This document shows positions 8,965 to 17,781 of a stretch of DNA of 64,000 bases, piece by piece (position 1 is the stretch's first letter; each line of letters opens with the position of its first letter). The DNA lies in assembly GCA_964409365.1 (NCBI GenBank), contig CAYPCX010000004.1, positions 21,015 through 85,014 on the forward strand, given 5' to 3'. The translations under genes were made by a program, and so were the position numbers. The notes beneath the pieces were generated by a model. That model was not told the DNA's origin. It worked only from the letters and a program-made list of their open reading frames with translations, and searched no databases. Source of the stretch: an uncultured Planctomycetia bacterium. Its GTDB lineage: Bacteria > Omnitrophota > Gorgyraeia > Tantalellales > Tantalellaceae.

Positions 8965-10727
8965 AAATGCGTTTAAAGATCACCATATCTTTCTTTGCGG
9001 CCGGGTTTGTCCTTGCGGGGATAGGGTGGCTGGTCATAGTGCTGGGGCAGCCTGCCTTGGTGATGTTTGTGGCCATTCCGCTGGCGGCTCTTATTGTCGG
9101 GCTTTTTACGGGCGGGGTGGTCTTCAGGAACCTCGCGGGAGTGGCGAAAGGGGCCAGTATCGTGCGTTCTGGCAGTCTGGAGTACAAGATCGGCACGAAG
9201 GCCAACGACGAGGTCGGCCAGATCTCGAGGGATATTGACGGTATCGCGGAAGACCTGAAAAAAGCGCGTTTTTCGATCGACGTGCTTAACATGGAAAGGA
9301 CCAGGTTCGACAAGACCGAGAAAGAGCTCTCGGCAAGAGAGGAACACTTCAGGAATCTTTTTGAACATTCTAACGACGCGGTCTTTATACATGATCTTGA
9401 CGGAAAGCTCATAGACGTGAACAACAAGGCATGCGAGATGCTGGGTTACGATAAAGAAACGCTCCTGGGGATACCCTTCATGGATCTGCAGACAGAGGAA
9501 GAGCTTACCAGCTCCAAAGAGGCGCGCAGGATAGGCGATGAAAAGTGCGCGGTGCGTTTCGAATCCAAACTCAGGAAGGTCGACGGGGTGCCTATTAACG
9601 TCGAGATCAGTTCCAGCGTGGTGGACCTTAAGAAGGGGATAATGCAGGCGATAGTCCGCGATATAACCGAACGAAAAAAGCTGGAAGAGGCGCTGAAGGA
9701 GTCCGAGGAAAAATTCCGCACGTTCATGGAAACGGCCAGCGATCTGATGTACATAACAAGCAAATACGGCGAGCTGAAATACGTGAACCAGACCATGGCG
9801 AGCGCGCTCGGCTATACGGTTCAAGAGATGCAGGGAGGCATGCACATCACCGATATCATGGAGGACAAGACAAAAGAGGCCTTTAAGGGGCAGCACAGGC
9901 AGCTGGTCACGAACGGGGAAGTAATGTATGAGCCTGTCTGGGAGACCAAGAACCGGAGGAAGATCTACGGGGAAGTCAAAGAAAGCTCCATTTATGATAT
10001 GCAAGGCAGGTTTGCCGGGAGCAGGGGGGTCTTTCGTGATATAACCGAACGCAAGAAGATCGAAGAAGCCCAGCGGCTGGCGCAGCTGGGGAAACTGGCC
10101 GCTGACGTGGCGCATGAGGTGAACAACCCGGTGACAGTTATCTCGGCAAGGGCCCAGCTTTACCTGCGGGATGAAAAGGTTGACGAAAAGATCAAGAAGA
10201 ACCTTGAAATAATAGTCCAGCAGTGCGAGCAGGCCCAGAGCATCGTGCACAGGCTGCTCAAATTTTCCAAGCCCAGCAGAGGCGAGATAAAGGAGATAGA
10301 TATAAACGATACGATCAAAAGCGTGATAAACCTGGTAGAACCGCACTTCCGCGGTTCCGCGGTACGCCTGGCCACGGAACTCATGCCGTCACCTTCCCGC
10401 GTAAAGGCGGATGAAAAACATATGCAGGAAGTTTTCATGAACCTTCTCAGGAACGCCGCCGAAGCTATGCCGGACGGAGGCACGGTCACGGTGAAGACAT
10501 CGCTGGACGGTGATAATGTCCGCATAGATTTTATTGATACCGGCAGCGGGATCGCGGAAGAGGACCTGAAAAGGATATTCGACCCGTTCTTCACTACAAA
10601 AGAGAACGGGACCGGCCTGGGCCTTTCTGTTTGTTACGGCATACTCAAGAGCCACGGCGGCGACCTGAAGTATAAGTCCAGGCCGGGCGAAGGCACTACC
10701 GCCACTGTTCTTCTCCCCGCCGGGTAG
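8961..10727 (+). CDS. HAMP/PAS-PAS sensor histidine kinase
   Basis: Two TM helices, HAMP, two PAS domains ending RDITERK, H-box VAHEVNNP, N box NLLRNA, DTGSG, FDPFFTTK, GTGLGL. Confidence 0.92.
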   Translation: MKMRLKITISFFAAGFVLAGIGWLVIVLGQPALVMFVAIPLAALIVGLFTGGVVFRNLAGVAKGASIVRSGSLEYKIGTKANDEVGQISRDIDGIAEDLKKARFSIDVLNMERTRFDKTEKELSAREEHFRNLFEHSNDAVFIHDLDGKLIDVNNKACEMLGYDKETLLGIPFMDLQTEEELTSSKEARRIGDEKCAVRFESKLRKVDGVPINVEISSSVVDLKKGIMQAIVRDITERKKLEEALKESEEKFRTFMETASDLMYITSKYGELKYVNQTMASALGYTVQEMQGGMHITDIMEDKTKEAFKGQHRQLVTNGEVMYEPVWETKNRRKIYGEVKESSIYDMQGRFAGSRGVFRDITERKKIEEAQRLAQLGKLAADVAHEVNNPVTVISARAQLYLRDEKVDEKIKKNLEIIVQQCEQAQSIVHRLLKFSKPSRGEIKEIDINDTIKSVINLVEPHFRGSAVRLATELMPSPSRVKADEKHMQEVFMNLLRNAAEAMPDGGTVTVKTSLDGDNVRIDFIDTGSGIAEEDLKRIFDPFFTTKENGTGLGLSVCYGILKSHGGDLKYKSRPGEGTTATVLLPAG

Positions 10728-10736
10728 AATTTGCCC

Positions 10737-10764
10737 TTGCCTAAATCATGTGCTATGTTATAAT
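10737..10764 (+). promoter_or_regulatory. sigma70-type promoter for the tRNA-Phe locus
   Basis: TTGCCT-16-TATAAT with TG extension. Confidence 0.6.
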
Positions 10765-10778
10765 CTTTTTTAACCGGC

Positions 10779-10940
10779 GCCACGGTAGCTCAGCAGGTTC
10801 CCCGAACCCTTTTAGGGTTCGGGATAAAAGCAACCGGGCAGTCTCATTTTCCCCGAACCCTTTCAGGGTTCGGGATAAATTCGGCCATACAACTTATGTT
10901 CGCTGGCGCTCCATAAGTTGTGGCCTCATTTAGAGCAGGG
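10779..10940 (+). pseudogene. Duplicated 5' fragment of tRNA-Phe interrupted in the D-loop
   Basis: GCCACGGTAGCTCAGCAGG (10779-10797) and TAGAGCAGGG (10931-10940) match nt 1-19 and 20-29 of the intact tRNA; separated by 133 nt. Confidence 0.85.
10798..10930. mobile_element. Non-coding palindromic (REP/MITE-like) insertion, two tandem units
   Basis: Two copies of TTCCCCGAACCCTTT(T/C)AGGGTTCGGGATAAA (10798, 10849), each unit ending CTCATTT; extra hairpin 10883-10925. Confidence 0.65.
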
Positions 10941-10971
10941 ATTTGGCATATAGAGGACTTGGCATTGTGGC

Positions 10972-11047
10972 GCCACGGTAGCTCAGCAGGTAGAGCAGGG
11001 GACTGAAAATCCCTGTGTCGGTGGTTCGATTCCGCCCCGTGGCACCA
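10972..11047 (+). tRNA. tRNA-Phe(GAA)
   Basis: 76-nt cloverleaf, anticodon loop CTGAAAA, GGTTCGATT T-arm, encoded CCA. Confidence 0.97.
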
Positions 11048-11054
11048 TTTTATT

Positions 11055-11088
11055 AAAAAACCCGGCTAATATTACAGCCGGGTTTTTT
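11055..11088 (+). terminator. Intrinsic (bidirectional-type) terminator
   Basis: AAAAAA-CCCGGCT-loop-AGCCGGG-TTTTTT. Confidence 0.85.
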
Positions 11089-11106
11089 GTTAATTCGGTT
11101 CTTCAT

Positions 11107-11238
11107 AGGGGGAAACGAGAGTTTCCCCCTCTTGACGGTCGCTTCGCGACCTGTCACCCCCTTCCCATAGGTTTTAAGGAATCATGCCTGCTTTCTGGAT
11201 CAAAGAAGAAGGGGGAAGTATATCCCCCTTCTTCTTTG
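11107..11238. repeat. Cluster of three GC-rich hairpins (REP-like)
   Basis: AGGGGGAAAC/GTTTCCCCCT, GGTCGC-TTC-GCGACC, and a 16-bp stem CAAAGAAGAAGGGGGA/TCCCCCTTCTTCTTTG. Confidence 0.7.
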
Positions 11239-11518
11239 GAATAATATTCCCCTAAATTTGTGCTTTACTTTATATTATTGCTGGATGGGACAGGCCCCCT
11301 CAAGTTGTCTCTAGGATCGCATGCCACGTGTCGGGACCTTAGCTCGCTATGCTGGCGCTGGGGCGGTTACCGCTCCTTGTCCATGGTATTGCAGGAACGA
11401 CGAGGCGGGATTTTGTTCTGTTTTAAGACAAGATACAATATGTTCGGGTTGAGGGCTAGATCACTCGAAGAAACTTGAAAAAAGCCGAAGAGCCTCGTGT
11501 TCCATCTGTAAACCATAC

Positions 11519-11740
11519 GTAACCAGTTCCCAGTAACCAGTTCCCAGTAACCAGTAACCAGTAACCAGTAACAAGGAAAAAGGAAAAAGGAAAAAGTATC
11601 AAGTGTTGAGTTGTGAGTTGTTAGTCATGAGTTGTACGACTCAATACTAAGAACTAAAAGCTAACAACTAATATCTTCCAGGCATCTACGTTCTTCTGTC
11701 CTCTGTCTTCTGACCTCTGTTTTCTGACACCTGCGACCTT
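11519..11740. repeat. Composite 7-bp-phased array containing a 121-bp unit (11595-11715) repeated in inverted orientation at 18411-18531
   Basis: 17 in-phase heptamers (GTAACCA, GTTCCCA, GGAAAAA, GTTGTGA...) followed by CT-phase heptamers; manual alignment gives 115/121 identity. Confidence 0.9.
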
Positions 11741-11754
11741 TCATCCCCCTCAAG

Positions 11755-11783
11755 TTGTATCTGGAATAGCAAGCCAGTATACT
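11755..11783 (+). promoter_or_regulatory. sigma70-type promoter, probably leaderless
   Basis: TTGTAT-17-TATACT, ATG 8 nt downstream. Confidence 0.55.
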
Positions 11784-11791
11784 TACAAGAG

Positions 11792-12547
11792 ATGAAAGGG
11801 CCTTATTTGCTGGTGATCGGTTTTGTGGCGGGGTTTGCGAGCGGCGCGTTCGGGATTGGCGGGGGAGTGGTCATGGTCCCGGCGCTGGTACTCATCTGCA
11901 GGTATGAGATCAAGAAAGCCATTGGTATATCCCTGGCGACGATAGTTCCCACTGCCCTTGTGGGGGCCCTCACGCATTACCTGATATGTAGCAGTAATAT
12001 CGAATTCCCGGTGGTCCTTCTGGTCTCTCCCGGCGCTATTGCCGGCGCCTGGGTCGGGGCCAGGCTGGGGAACAGGCTCAGCAGCAGGCTGCTGTCCGGG
12101 CTGTTCGCCCTGTTTCTGACGTTCGTGGGCCTGAAACTCATGGGTATAGTTAGATTACCGATCAGTGTGCTCTCGAGTACGGCTGTCCACCCCGGGCTGG
12201 TCCTCCTTGGTCTGGCCGCCGGGGTTTGCTCGGCCCTGTTAGGGATAGGAGGAGGCGTCGTGATGGTGCCCTTTCTGAACCTTTTGTTCGGCCTTGGGAT
12301 ACACGAGGCCATAGCGACATCGCTCACGATCGTCGTGCCGACCACTTTTGCCGGGGCCGTGTTCCATAGGAGGCTGAATAACCTGGATGCCGGGCCCTTG
12401 AAATACCTGGTGCCGGCCGCTTTTCTTGGGGTCATCCTGGGAGCCGTTACGGCCAATTGTCTGTCGCAAGAGGTTTTAAAGGTCGCTTTCGGGGTCCTCA
12501 TGGTCCTGTGTTCTGTTAAGCTTTTTCTTGAAAAAAAACACCTTTGA
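11792..12547 (+). CDS. TSUP (TauE/SafE) family membrane transporter
   Basis: Duplicated GIGGGVVMVP motif, A.ATSL, about 8 TM helices. Confidence 0.9.
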   Translation: MKGPYLLVIGFVAGFASGAFGIGGGVVMVPALVLICRYEIKKAIGISLATIVPTALVGALTHYLICSSNIEFPVVLLVSPGAIAGAWVGARLGNRLSSRLLSGLFALFLTFVGLKLMGIVRLPISVLSSTAVHPGLVLLGLAAGVCSALLGIGGGVVMVPFLNLLFGLGIHEAIATSLTIVVPTTFAGAVFHRRLNNLDAGPLKYLVPAAFLGVILGAVTANCLSQEVLKVAFGVLMVLCSVKLFLEKKHL

Positions 12548-12573
12548 TTATACAATCTATCGCATGTAGCGGA

Positions 12574-12649
12574 GCCAGCGTAGCTCAGTTGGCAGAGCAA
12601 GGCATTCGTAATGCCTAGGTCGGTGGTTCGAATCCACTCGCTGGCTCCA
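12574..12649 (+). tRNA. tRNA-Thr(CGT)
   Basis: 76-nt cloverleaf, anticodon loop TTCGTAA, encoded CCA; upstream TTGAAA-17-TACAAT at 12528-12556. Confidence 0.96.
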
Positions 12650-12668
12650 CAGTTTTACCATTCCTGAC

Positions 12669-13928
12669 ATGGCTCGTTTTCGAGACGTCCTTTTTAAAAG
12701 GAACTTCTTTTCCCTGTGGTCCGGCCAGATCATATCCGAATTCGGTGACCGTTTGAACCAGATGGCATTGATCTCGCTTGTCTATTCAAAAAGCCCCGGA
12801 TCCGTCATGGCCATGGCCAATCTGCTTTTTTTCATCGTTATACCCGTGTTCGTCATAGGGCCGGTGGCGGGCGTGTATGTCGACAGATGGGACCGCAAAA
12901 GGGTCATGATCATATCCGATATAATCAGGGGACTCCTGGTGCTGGCCGTACCGGTCTTTGTGCGTCTTGACCTGATGTGGCCGGTGTACATAATAGTATT
13001 CCTTATCTTTTCGGCCACGAGATTTTTTCTTCCCTCCAAACTGGCGTTGATCCCGACGATAGTGGCAAAGGATGATCTGGTCGTGGCCAATTCGCTTTCC
13101 AACACCACCCGCATGATCGCCACCATTCTCGGTTTTGCCCTGGCCGGGTTCATAGTAAAGTGGATAGGGTACATGTGGGGTTTTTATCTGGACAGCATGA
13201 GTTATTTTATTTCGGCCGGTTTTATAGCGATCATTACCCCGAAAAGGAAACTCGTCAACGTGCGGGAAGAGATCCAGATGACGGGAGAGATAATATCAAG
13301 ATCCATCAGAAGGAACGTATGGGGCGAGATAGTCGAGGGGATCGGTCATATGATGGGAAAAAGCAAGATGAGGGTGGTTACCAGCTCCTTGTTCCTTTTG
13401 ATGGCCGGCGCCGGATCGATCTTCTGTATCATCATAGTCTTTATCCAGCAGGCGTTCGGGTCTATAACCGAGGATCTGGGTCTTCTCGGGGTGTTCCTTG
13501 GCGCGGGGCTTTTCCTGGGTACCATCGTTTACGGAAAGTATGGCCAGAAGATGTCGAAGATACGCGCGATATTCGTCTGTTTCGGCCTTAGCGGCGTTGC
13601 GATCTCGCTTTTCGCGCTTTATTCAAGCAGGGACCCTGTTTTTCTGGTAGGAGGGCTCTTGATCATGCTTGTCGGGGCGGCGGTCGCCCCCATATTGACC
13701 TGCACCAACGTTTTGATACATACCCTTGTACCCGACGAGGTAAGGGGACGCATATTCAGCTCGATGGAGGCGGTCATGCACCTTGCGTTTATCGTGTTCA
13801 TGTTCATGACGGCGTATCTTTCCAAGCACGTGTCAAACCTGACGATATTACTGGCCAGCGGAACGATGTTCATAATAATCGGTTTTACGGGACAGGCCTT
13901 TTTCTCGGGGGGAAGGGCCGGAGGCTAA
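12669..13928 (+). CDS. MFS transporter (DHA3/macrolide-efflux-like)
   Basis: LWSGQIISEFGD, GVYVDRWDRKRVMI motif A, VPDEVRGRIFS, about 12 TM helices. Confidence 0.9.
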   Translation: MARFRDVLFKRNFFSLWSGQIISEFGDRLNQMALISLVYSKSPGSVMAMANLLFFIVIPVFVIGPVAGVYVDRWDRKRVMIISDIIRGLLVLAVPVFVRLDLMWPVYIIVFLIFSATRFFLPSKLALIPTIVAKDDLVVANSLSNTTRMIATILGFALAGFIVKWIGYMWGFYLDSMSYFISAGFIAIITPKRKLVNVREEIQMTGEIISRSIRRNVWGEIVEGIGHMMGKSKMRVVTSSLFLLMAGAGSIFCIIIVFIQQAFGSITEDLGLLGVFLGAGLFLGTIVYGKYGQKMSKIRAIFVCFGLSGVAISLFALYSSRDPVFLVGGLLIMLVGAAVAPILTCTNVLIHTLVPDEVRGRIFSSMEAVMHLAFIVFMFMTAYLSKHVSNLTILLASGTMFIIIGFTGQAFFSGGRAGG

Positions 13929-14116
13929 GATCTGGCCACTTTCTGGCTTTTCTTTTTCAGCGGGCTGGGTGACGGCGACCAGCAAGAGTCATAGAAAGTG
14001 CAAAGAGAACAACAGATGTTCTCCTTGTTATGCTCGCCCCGGTACCATTTGGTCTCACAGGTCCAGTAATATTGGCATTTTTCGCAGCAGTTCAGCTTTT
14101 TACGTCTTCCGGCCAT
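13925..14116 (-). CDS. Small Cys-rich protein (two CCxxC-x5-C motifs)
   Basis: 63 aa; non-shadow position; own promoter TTGAAA-17-TATAAT on the minus strand (14197-14169). Confidence 0.65.
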   Translation of the reverse strand: MAGRRKKLNCCEKCQYYWTCETKWYRGEHNKENICCSLCTFYDSCWSPSPSPLKKKSQKVARS

Positions 14117-14244
14117 GGTGGTTTAGTGAGGTAATGATCTAAGCGGTAATATTAAATATCGTGAATTAATTATATAACGAATATGCGTGTATTTCAATAA
14201 AAATACCCCGACACCCGATACCTGAGGCCCGGCACCTGATGTGA

Positions 14245-14272
14245 TTGACAAACCCATTCCAATATGTATAAT
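14245..14272 (+). promoter_or_regulatory. rnf operon promoter
   Basis: TTGACA-16-TATAAT, overlapped by a CCCATT/AATGGG inverted repeat. Confidence 0.7.
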
Positions 14273-14313
14273 GGGAATTCACCCTGATTTCTGGCAGTTA
14301 ACGGCATAAAAAC

Positions 14314-15651
14314 ATGAAGATATTGACGTTTCCCGGGGGAGTACATCCCGAATATTTCAAGGATATCAGCATACGGGAGCCGCTTAGAGAAGCCCCCCTT
14401 CCGCGTGTCGCCGTAGTACCCCTTTCGCAGCATATAGGCGCGCCCAACCAACCCGTTGTGGCAAAGGGAGATACGGTCGAAGAAGGGCAGCTTTTGGCGA
14501 GGACCGACAGTTATGTCTCCAGTCCGGTTCATGCTCCTGTATTCGGGAAAGTAGCGGAGATAAAAAAGGCGTTCCACCCCTCATTAGGATATACTCCATG
14601 CGTGTTCATAGAACGTGACGGAACAAAAAAACCCAAAAAATACGCCGAGCAGGACGTAGAAAACCTTACTCCGCAAGACCTTGTAGAAAAGATCAAGGAT
14701 GCCGGCATCGTGGGTATGGGCGGCGCCGCGTTCCCCACTCATGTGAAGCTTAACGTCCCGGAAGGCAGGAAAATAGAGACCCTGGTGGTCAACGGCGCGG
14801 AATGCGAGCCGTATCTTACCTGTGACCACGTACTGATGACCCGTAAGACAGGGGAGATACTTAAGGGCATCGCTATCGTGATGAAGATACTCCAGCCGAA
14901 AAAGACCATTATCGCGGTAGAGGATAATAAAAAAGCGGCTATCTTCGCTTTCCAGAAACTTATAAAGGATTCCACACATAAGGCTATATCCCAGATAGAG
15001 ATAGCGTGTCTGAAGACAAAATATCCCCAGGGCGGGGAAAAGCAGCTGATAAAAGCGGTAGCGAACAGGGAAGTGCCCCCGGGGGGGTTGCCGCTTGACA
15101 TAGGGTTCCTGGTGCATAACGTGGGGACGATCAATGCCATATATGAAGCGGTTTACCTGAATAAGCCCCTCATAGAACGGGTGGTCACCATCTCGGGCGA
15201 CTGCATGAACAGGCCGGGGAATTATGTGATAAGAGTAGGCGCGACCATAAAGGATATCATCGAACAGTACGGCATAGAACTTTACAAAGAACCGAAAAAG
15301 ATAATCGTAGGCGGCCCCATGATGGGGTTCGCCCAGCCGCAGACGGAAGTCTCCGTGCTCAAAAGCACTTCCGGCGTGCTTTTCCTTTCAGAACAGCTTG
15401 CCGGGACCTGTGAAGAAGGGCAGTGCATAAGGTGCGCCAAGTGCGTCGACGTGTGTCCGGTCAATCTGATCCCTACGGATATCATGAGGAACGTGGATAA
15501 GGACAAGTGGGACGCGGTGGAAGAGCTGAACGCCGGTGACTGCATGGAATGCGGAGCGTGCGCTTATATCTGCCCGGCGCGGATACCGCTCGTCCATTAC
15601 ATCAAGGAAGGGAAGGCCGTGCTGGCCCGGAATAACAGGGGGAAAAAGTAG
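14314..15651 (+). CDS. rnfC: Rnf complex subunit C
   Basis: FPGGVHP, QHIGAP, AGIVGMGGAAFPT, NGAECEPYLT, two CxxCxxCxxxCP motifs. Confidence 0.95.
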   Translation: MKILTFPGGVHPEYFKDISIREPLREAPLPRVAVVPLSQHIGAPNQPVVAKGDTVEEGQLLARTDSYVSSPVHAPVFGKVAEIKKAFHPSLGYTPCVFIERDGTKKPKKYAEQDVENLTPQDLVEKIKDAGIVGMGGAAFPTHVKLNVPEGRKIETLVVNGAECEPYLTCDHVLMTRKTGEILKGIAIVMKILQPKKTIIAVEDNKKAAIFAFQKLIKDSTHKAISQIEIACLKTKYPQGGEKQLIKAVANREVPPGGLPLDIGFLVHNVGTINAIYEAVYLNKPLIERVVTISGDCMNRPGNYVIRVGATIKDIIEQYGIELYKEPKKIIVGGPMMGFAQPQTEVSVLKSTSGVLFLSEQLAGTCEEGQCIRCAKCVDVCPVNLIPTDIMRNVDKDKWDAVEELNAGDCMECGACAYICPARIPLVHYIKEGKAVLARNNRGKK

Positions 15652-15654
15652 CCG

Positions 15655-16599
15655 ATGAACAAGCTGGCGTTGAGCGTTTCACCGCATATAGTTTCACCTA
15701 TGGACACGCGCTTTATGATGAAAGGCGTCGTCAAGGCGCTCATCCCGGCCATCATTGCCAGCTTGTATTTTTTCAGGTGGAAAGCAGCCGGCGTTATGCT
15801 GGTCTCGCTGGCGGGTTGTGTCATTACCGAATATCTGTTCCAGAAGCTTAGGAAGAGGAAGGTAAAGATAAACGATTTCAGCGCTGTGGTAACGGGTCTC
15901 TTGCTGGCGATGGTGCTTCCGCCGGCCATCCCGTTGTGGATGGCGTTCCTCGGAGGCGTTTTCGCCGTCGCTCTCGGGAAAGAGCTTTTCGGCGGCCTGG
16001 GACAGAACGTGTTCAATCCCGCGCTTCTGGCAAGGGCTTTTCTGATGGCGGCATTTCCCGTAGCACTTACTACGTGGACTCATCCCATAACGCTTGATGC
16101 CATGACCGGCGCCACGCCTCTCGGGGTCGCGAAATTCGACCACATAATGACGCCGTATCTTTCGCTTTTTATAGGCAACATTGGGGGCTCTATCGGTGAG
16201 ACGTCCGCGCTGGCCATACTTTTGGGGCTGGTGTATCTTTTATACAATAAGATAATCGACTACAGGATACCCGTGGCTTTTATCGGAACGGTCGCGCTCT
16301 TCGGGACGGTTCTTTACTTAATAGCCCCGCAAAAATATATGTCACCTCTTTTTTACGTACTGGCGGGCGGGCTTTTACTGGGAGCGGTATTCATGGCGAC
16401 CGACCCCGTGACGACTCCGGTCACGGCGAAAGGCCGCTGGATCTTCGGGATAGGCTGCGGGGTAATAACGATGCTCATCCGTCTGTGGGGAGGGCTTCCC
16501 GAGGGCGTGATGTATTCGATACTTTTCATGAACGCGTTCACCCCTCTTATAAACAGGATATCAAGGCCCGGAAGATTTGGAGAGACAAGTGGAAAATAG
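15655..16599 (+). CDS. rnfD: Rnf complex subunit D
   Basis: SPH, FGGLGQNVFNPAL, TGATPL (FMN site), MATDPVTTP. Confidence 0.95.
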   Translation: MNKLALSVSPHIVSPMDTRFMMKGVVKALIPAIIASLYFFRWKAAGVMLVSLAGCVITEYLFQKLRKRKVKINDFSAVVTGLLLAMVLPPAIPLWMAFLGGVFAVALGKELFGGLGQNVFNPALLARAFLMAAFPVALTTWTHPITLDAMTGATPLGVAKFDHIMTPYLSLFIGNIGGSIGETSALAILLGLVYLLYNKIIDYRIPVAFIGTVALFGTVLYLIAPQKYMSPLFYVLAGGLLLGAVFMATDPVTTPVTAKGRWIFGIGCGVITMLIRLWGGLPEGVMYSILFMNAFTPLINRISRPGRFGETSGK

Positions 16600-17173
16600 T
16601 CCCCTCAGGCGCATATTCGGCAACACGGTCGTGAAGATGATAATCGCGCTGACTCTGGTAGGCGTCGTTTCGGGAGCGACGCTGGTAATGGTCTACAACG
16701 CGACGATAGATAAGATAAAATTCAACGTCAACCAGGCCCAGGACAGGGCCATCAGGGAGATCTTCAAGGATGCCGACAAGATAGAAGAGACGAAGGAAGA
16801 AGGCGTTTTCAAGGTCACCGACAAGGAAGGAAAACTTCTCGGGTACGCGTTCACCGCCGAAGGCAACGGATACCAGGGGATCATAAAGATGATAGCGGGC
16901 GTCGATCCGGAGTTCACGAAACTGAACGGTATGGAGGTCATCGAATCACAGGAAACACCCGGCCTGGGAGCGGAAATAGCCGGGACCCCGTTCCGCAGCC
17001 AGTTCGAGGGGCTTTCGATCACGCATCCCATAGAGTATGTAAAGAACCAGAAACCGGTCGAGCCGTACCAGATAGAGGCCATAACCGGGGCCACGATATC
17101 TTCCCGGGCCGTGGTGAACATCCTGAACATAAGGATAGGCGAGATCAAGAAGGTTTTGAGAGGCGAAGGATGA
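16589..17173 (+). CDS. rnfG: Rnf complex subunit G
   Basis: GYQG, ETPGLG, AITGATISS FMN motif; start uncertain. Confidence 0.92.
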   Translation: MENSPLRRIFGNTVVKMIIALTLVGVVSGATLVMVYNATIDKIKFNVNQAQDRAIREIFKDADKIEETKEEGVFKVTDKEGKLLGYAFTAEGNGYQGIIKMIAGVDPEFTKLNGMEVIESQETPGLGAEIAGTPFRSQFEGLSITHPIEYVKNQKPVEPYQIEAITGATISSRAVVNILNIRIGEIKKVLRGEG

Positions 17174-17781
17174 TAAAAGATCTCATTAAAGGCCTGTGGC
17201 GGGAAAACCCCGTGTTCGTCCAGGTGCTGGGCATGTGCCCCACGCTGGCCGTGACTACAAAAGCCCTTTTCGGGTTTTCGATGGGGATGGCCACGACCTT
17301 TGTAGTGGTGTCTTCCGGCGTGGTCATCTCGGCCATCAGGAGGTTCGTTCCGGAGCAGGTCCGCATACCGATGTTCACGGTCATCATAGCTACGTTCGTT
17401 ACCGCGGCCGACTATTTTCTTAAGGCTAATTTTTACGAGATAAGCAAAGCCCTGGGTCCGTACGTACCGCTCATAGTCGTGAACTGTGTCATACTCGGAC
17501 GGGCGGAAGCGTTCGCTTCCAAGCACAACGTGTGGAGGTCCTTTCTGGACGCGCTGGGCATGGGTATAGGTTTTACCTGCGCGCTGATAGTTCTGGGAGC
17601 GGTAAGGGAACTTCTGGGTTCCGGCACGGTCTTCGGCTACAATGTTATGTGGGAAGGGTTCACGAAATGGGTCGTGATGGTCCTTCCGGCGGGCGCTTTT
17701 ATAACGCTTGGCCTTCTGGTAGGGATCTTCAACGTGATAGATAATAAGGTCAAGGCAAGAGGGGAGGGCAGGCAGAAATGA
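17170..17781 (+). CDS. rnfE: Rnf complex subunit E
   Basis: ENPVFVQVLGMCPTLAVT, PLIVVNC, GRAEAFA. Confidence 0.95.
   Translation: MIKDLIKGLWRENPVFVQVLGMCPTLAVTTKALFGFSMGMATTFVVVSSGVVISAIRRFVPEQVRIPMFTVIIATFVTAADYFLKANFYEISKALGPYVPLIVVNCVILGRAEAFASKHNVWRSFLDALGMGIGFTCALIVLGAVRELLGSGTVFGYNVMWEGFTKWVVMVLPAGAFITLGLLVGIFNVIDNKVKARGEGRQK

Noticed and set aside
10798-10879. Two 31-bp palindromic repeats as a CRISPR array
   Set aside because: Only two copies, a 20-nt spacer, no cas genes, and they sit inside a tRNA fragment
10748-10933. 61-aa ORF with repeated SPNPFRVRDK
   Set aside because: Translation of the palindromic insertion and tRNA fragment; no SD or protein features
11260-11518. Short ORFs on either strand between tRNA-Phe and the heptamer array
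   Set aside because: No SD, motif or compositional support; left unassigned
14158-14185. Rex operator upstream of rnf
   Set aside because: Only a half-site-like TCGTGAA; the palindrome is too poor to support the call
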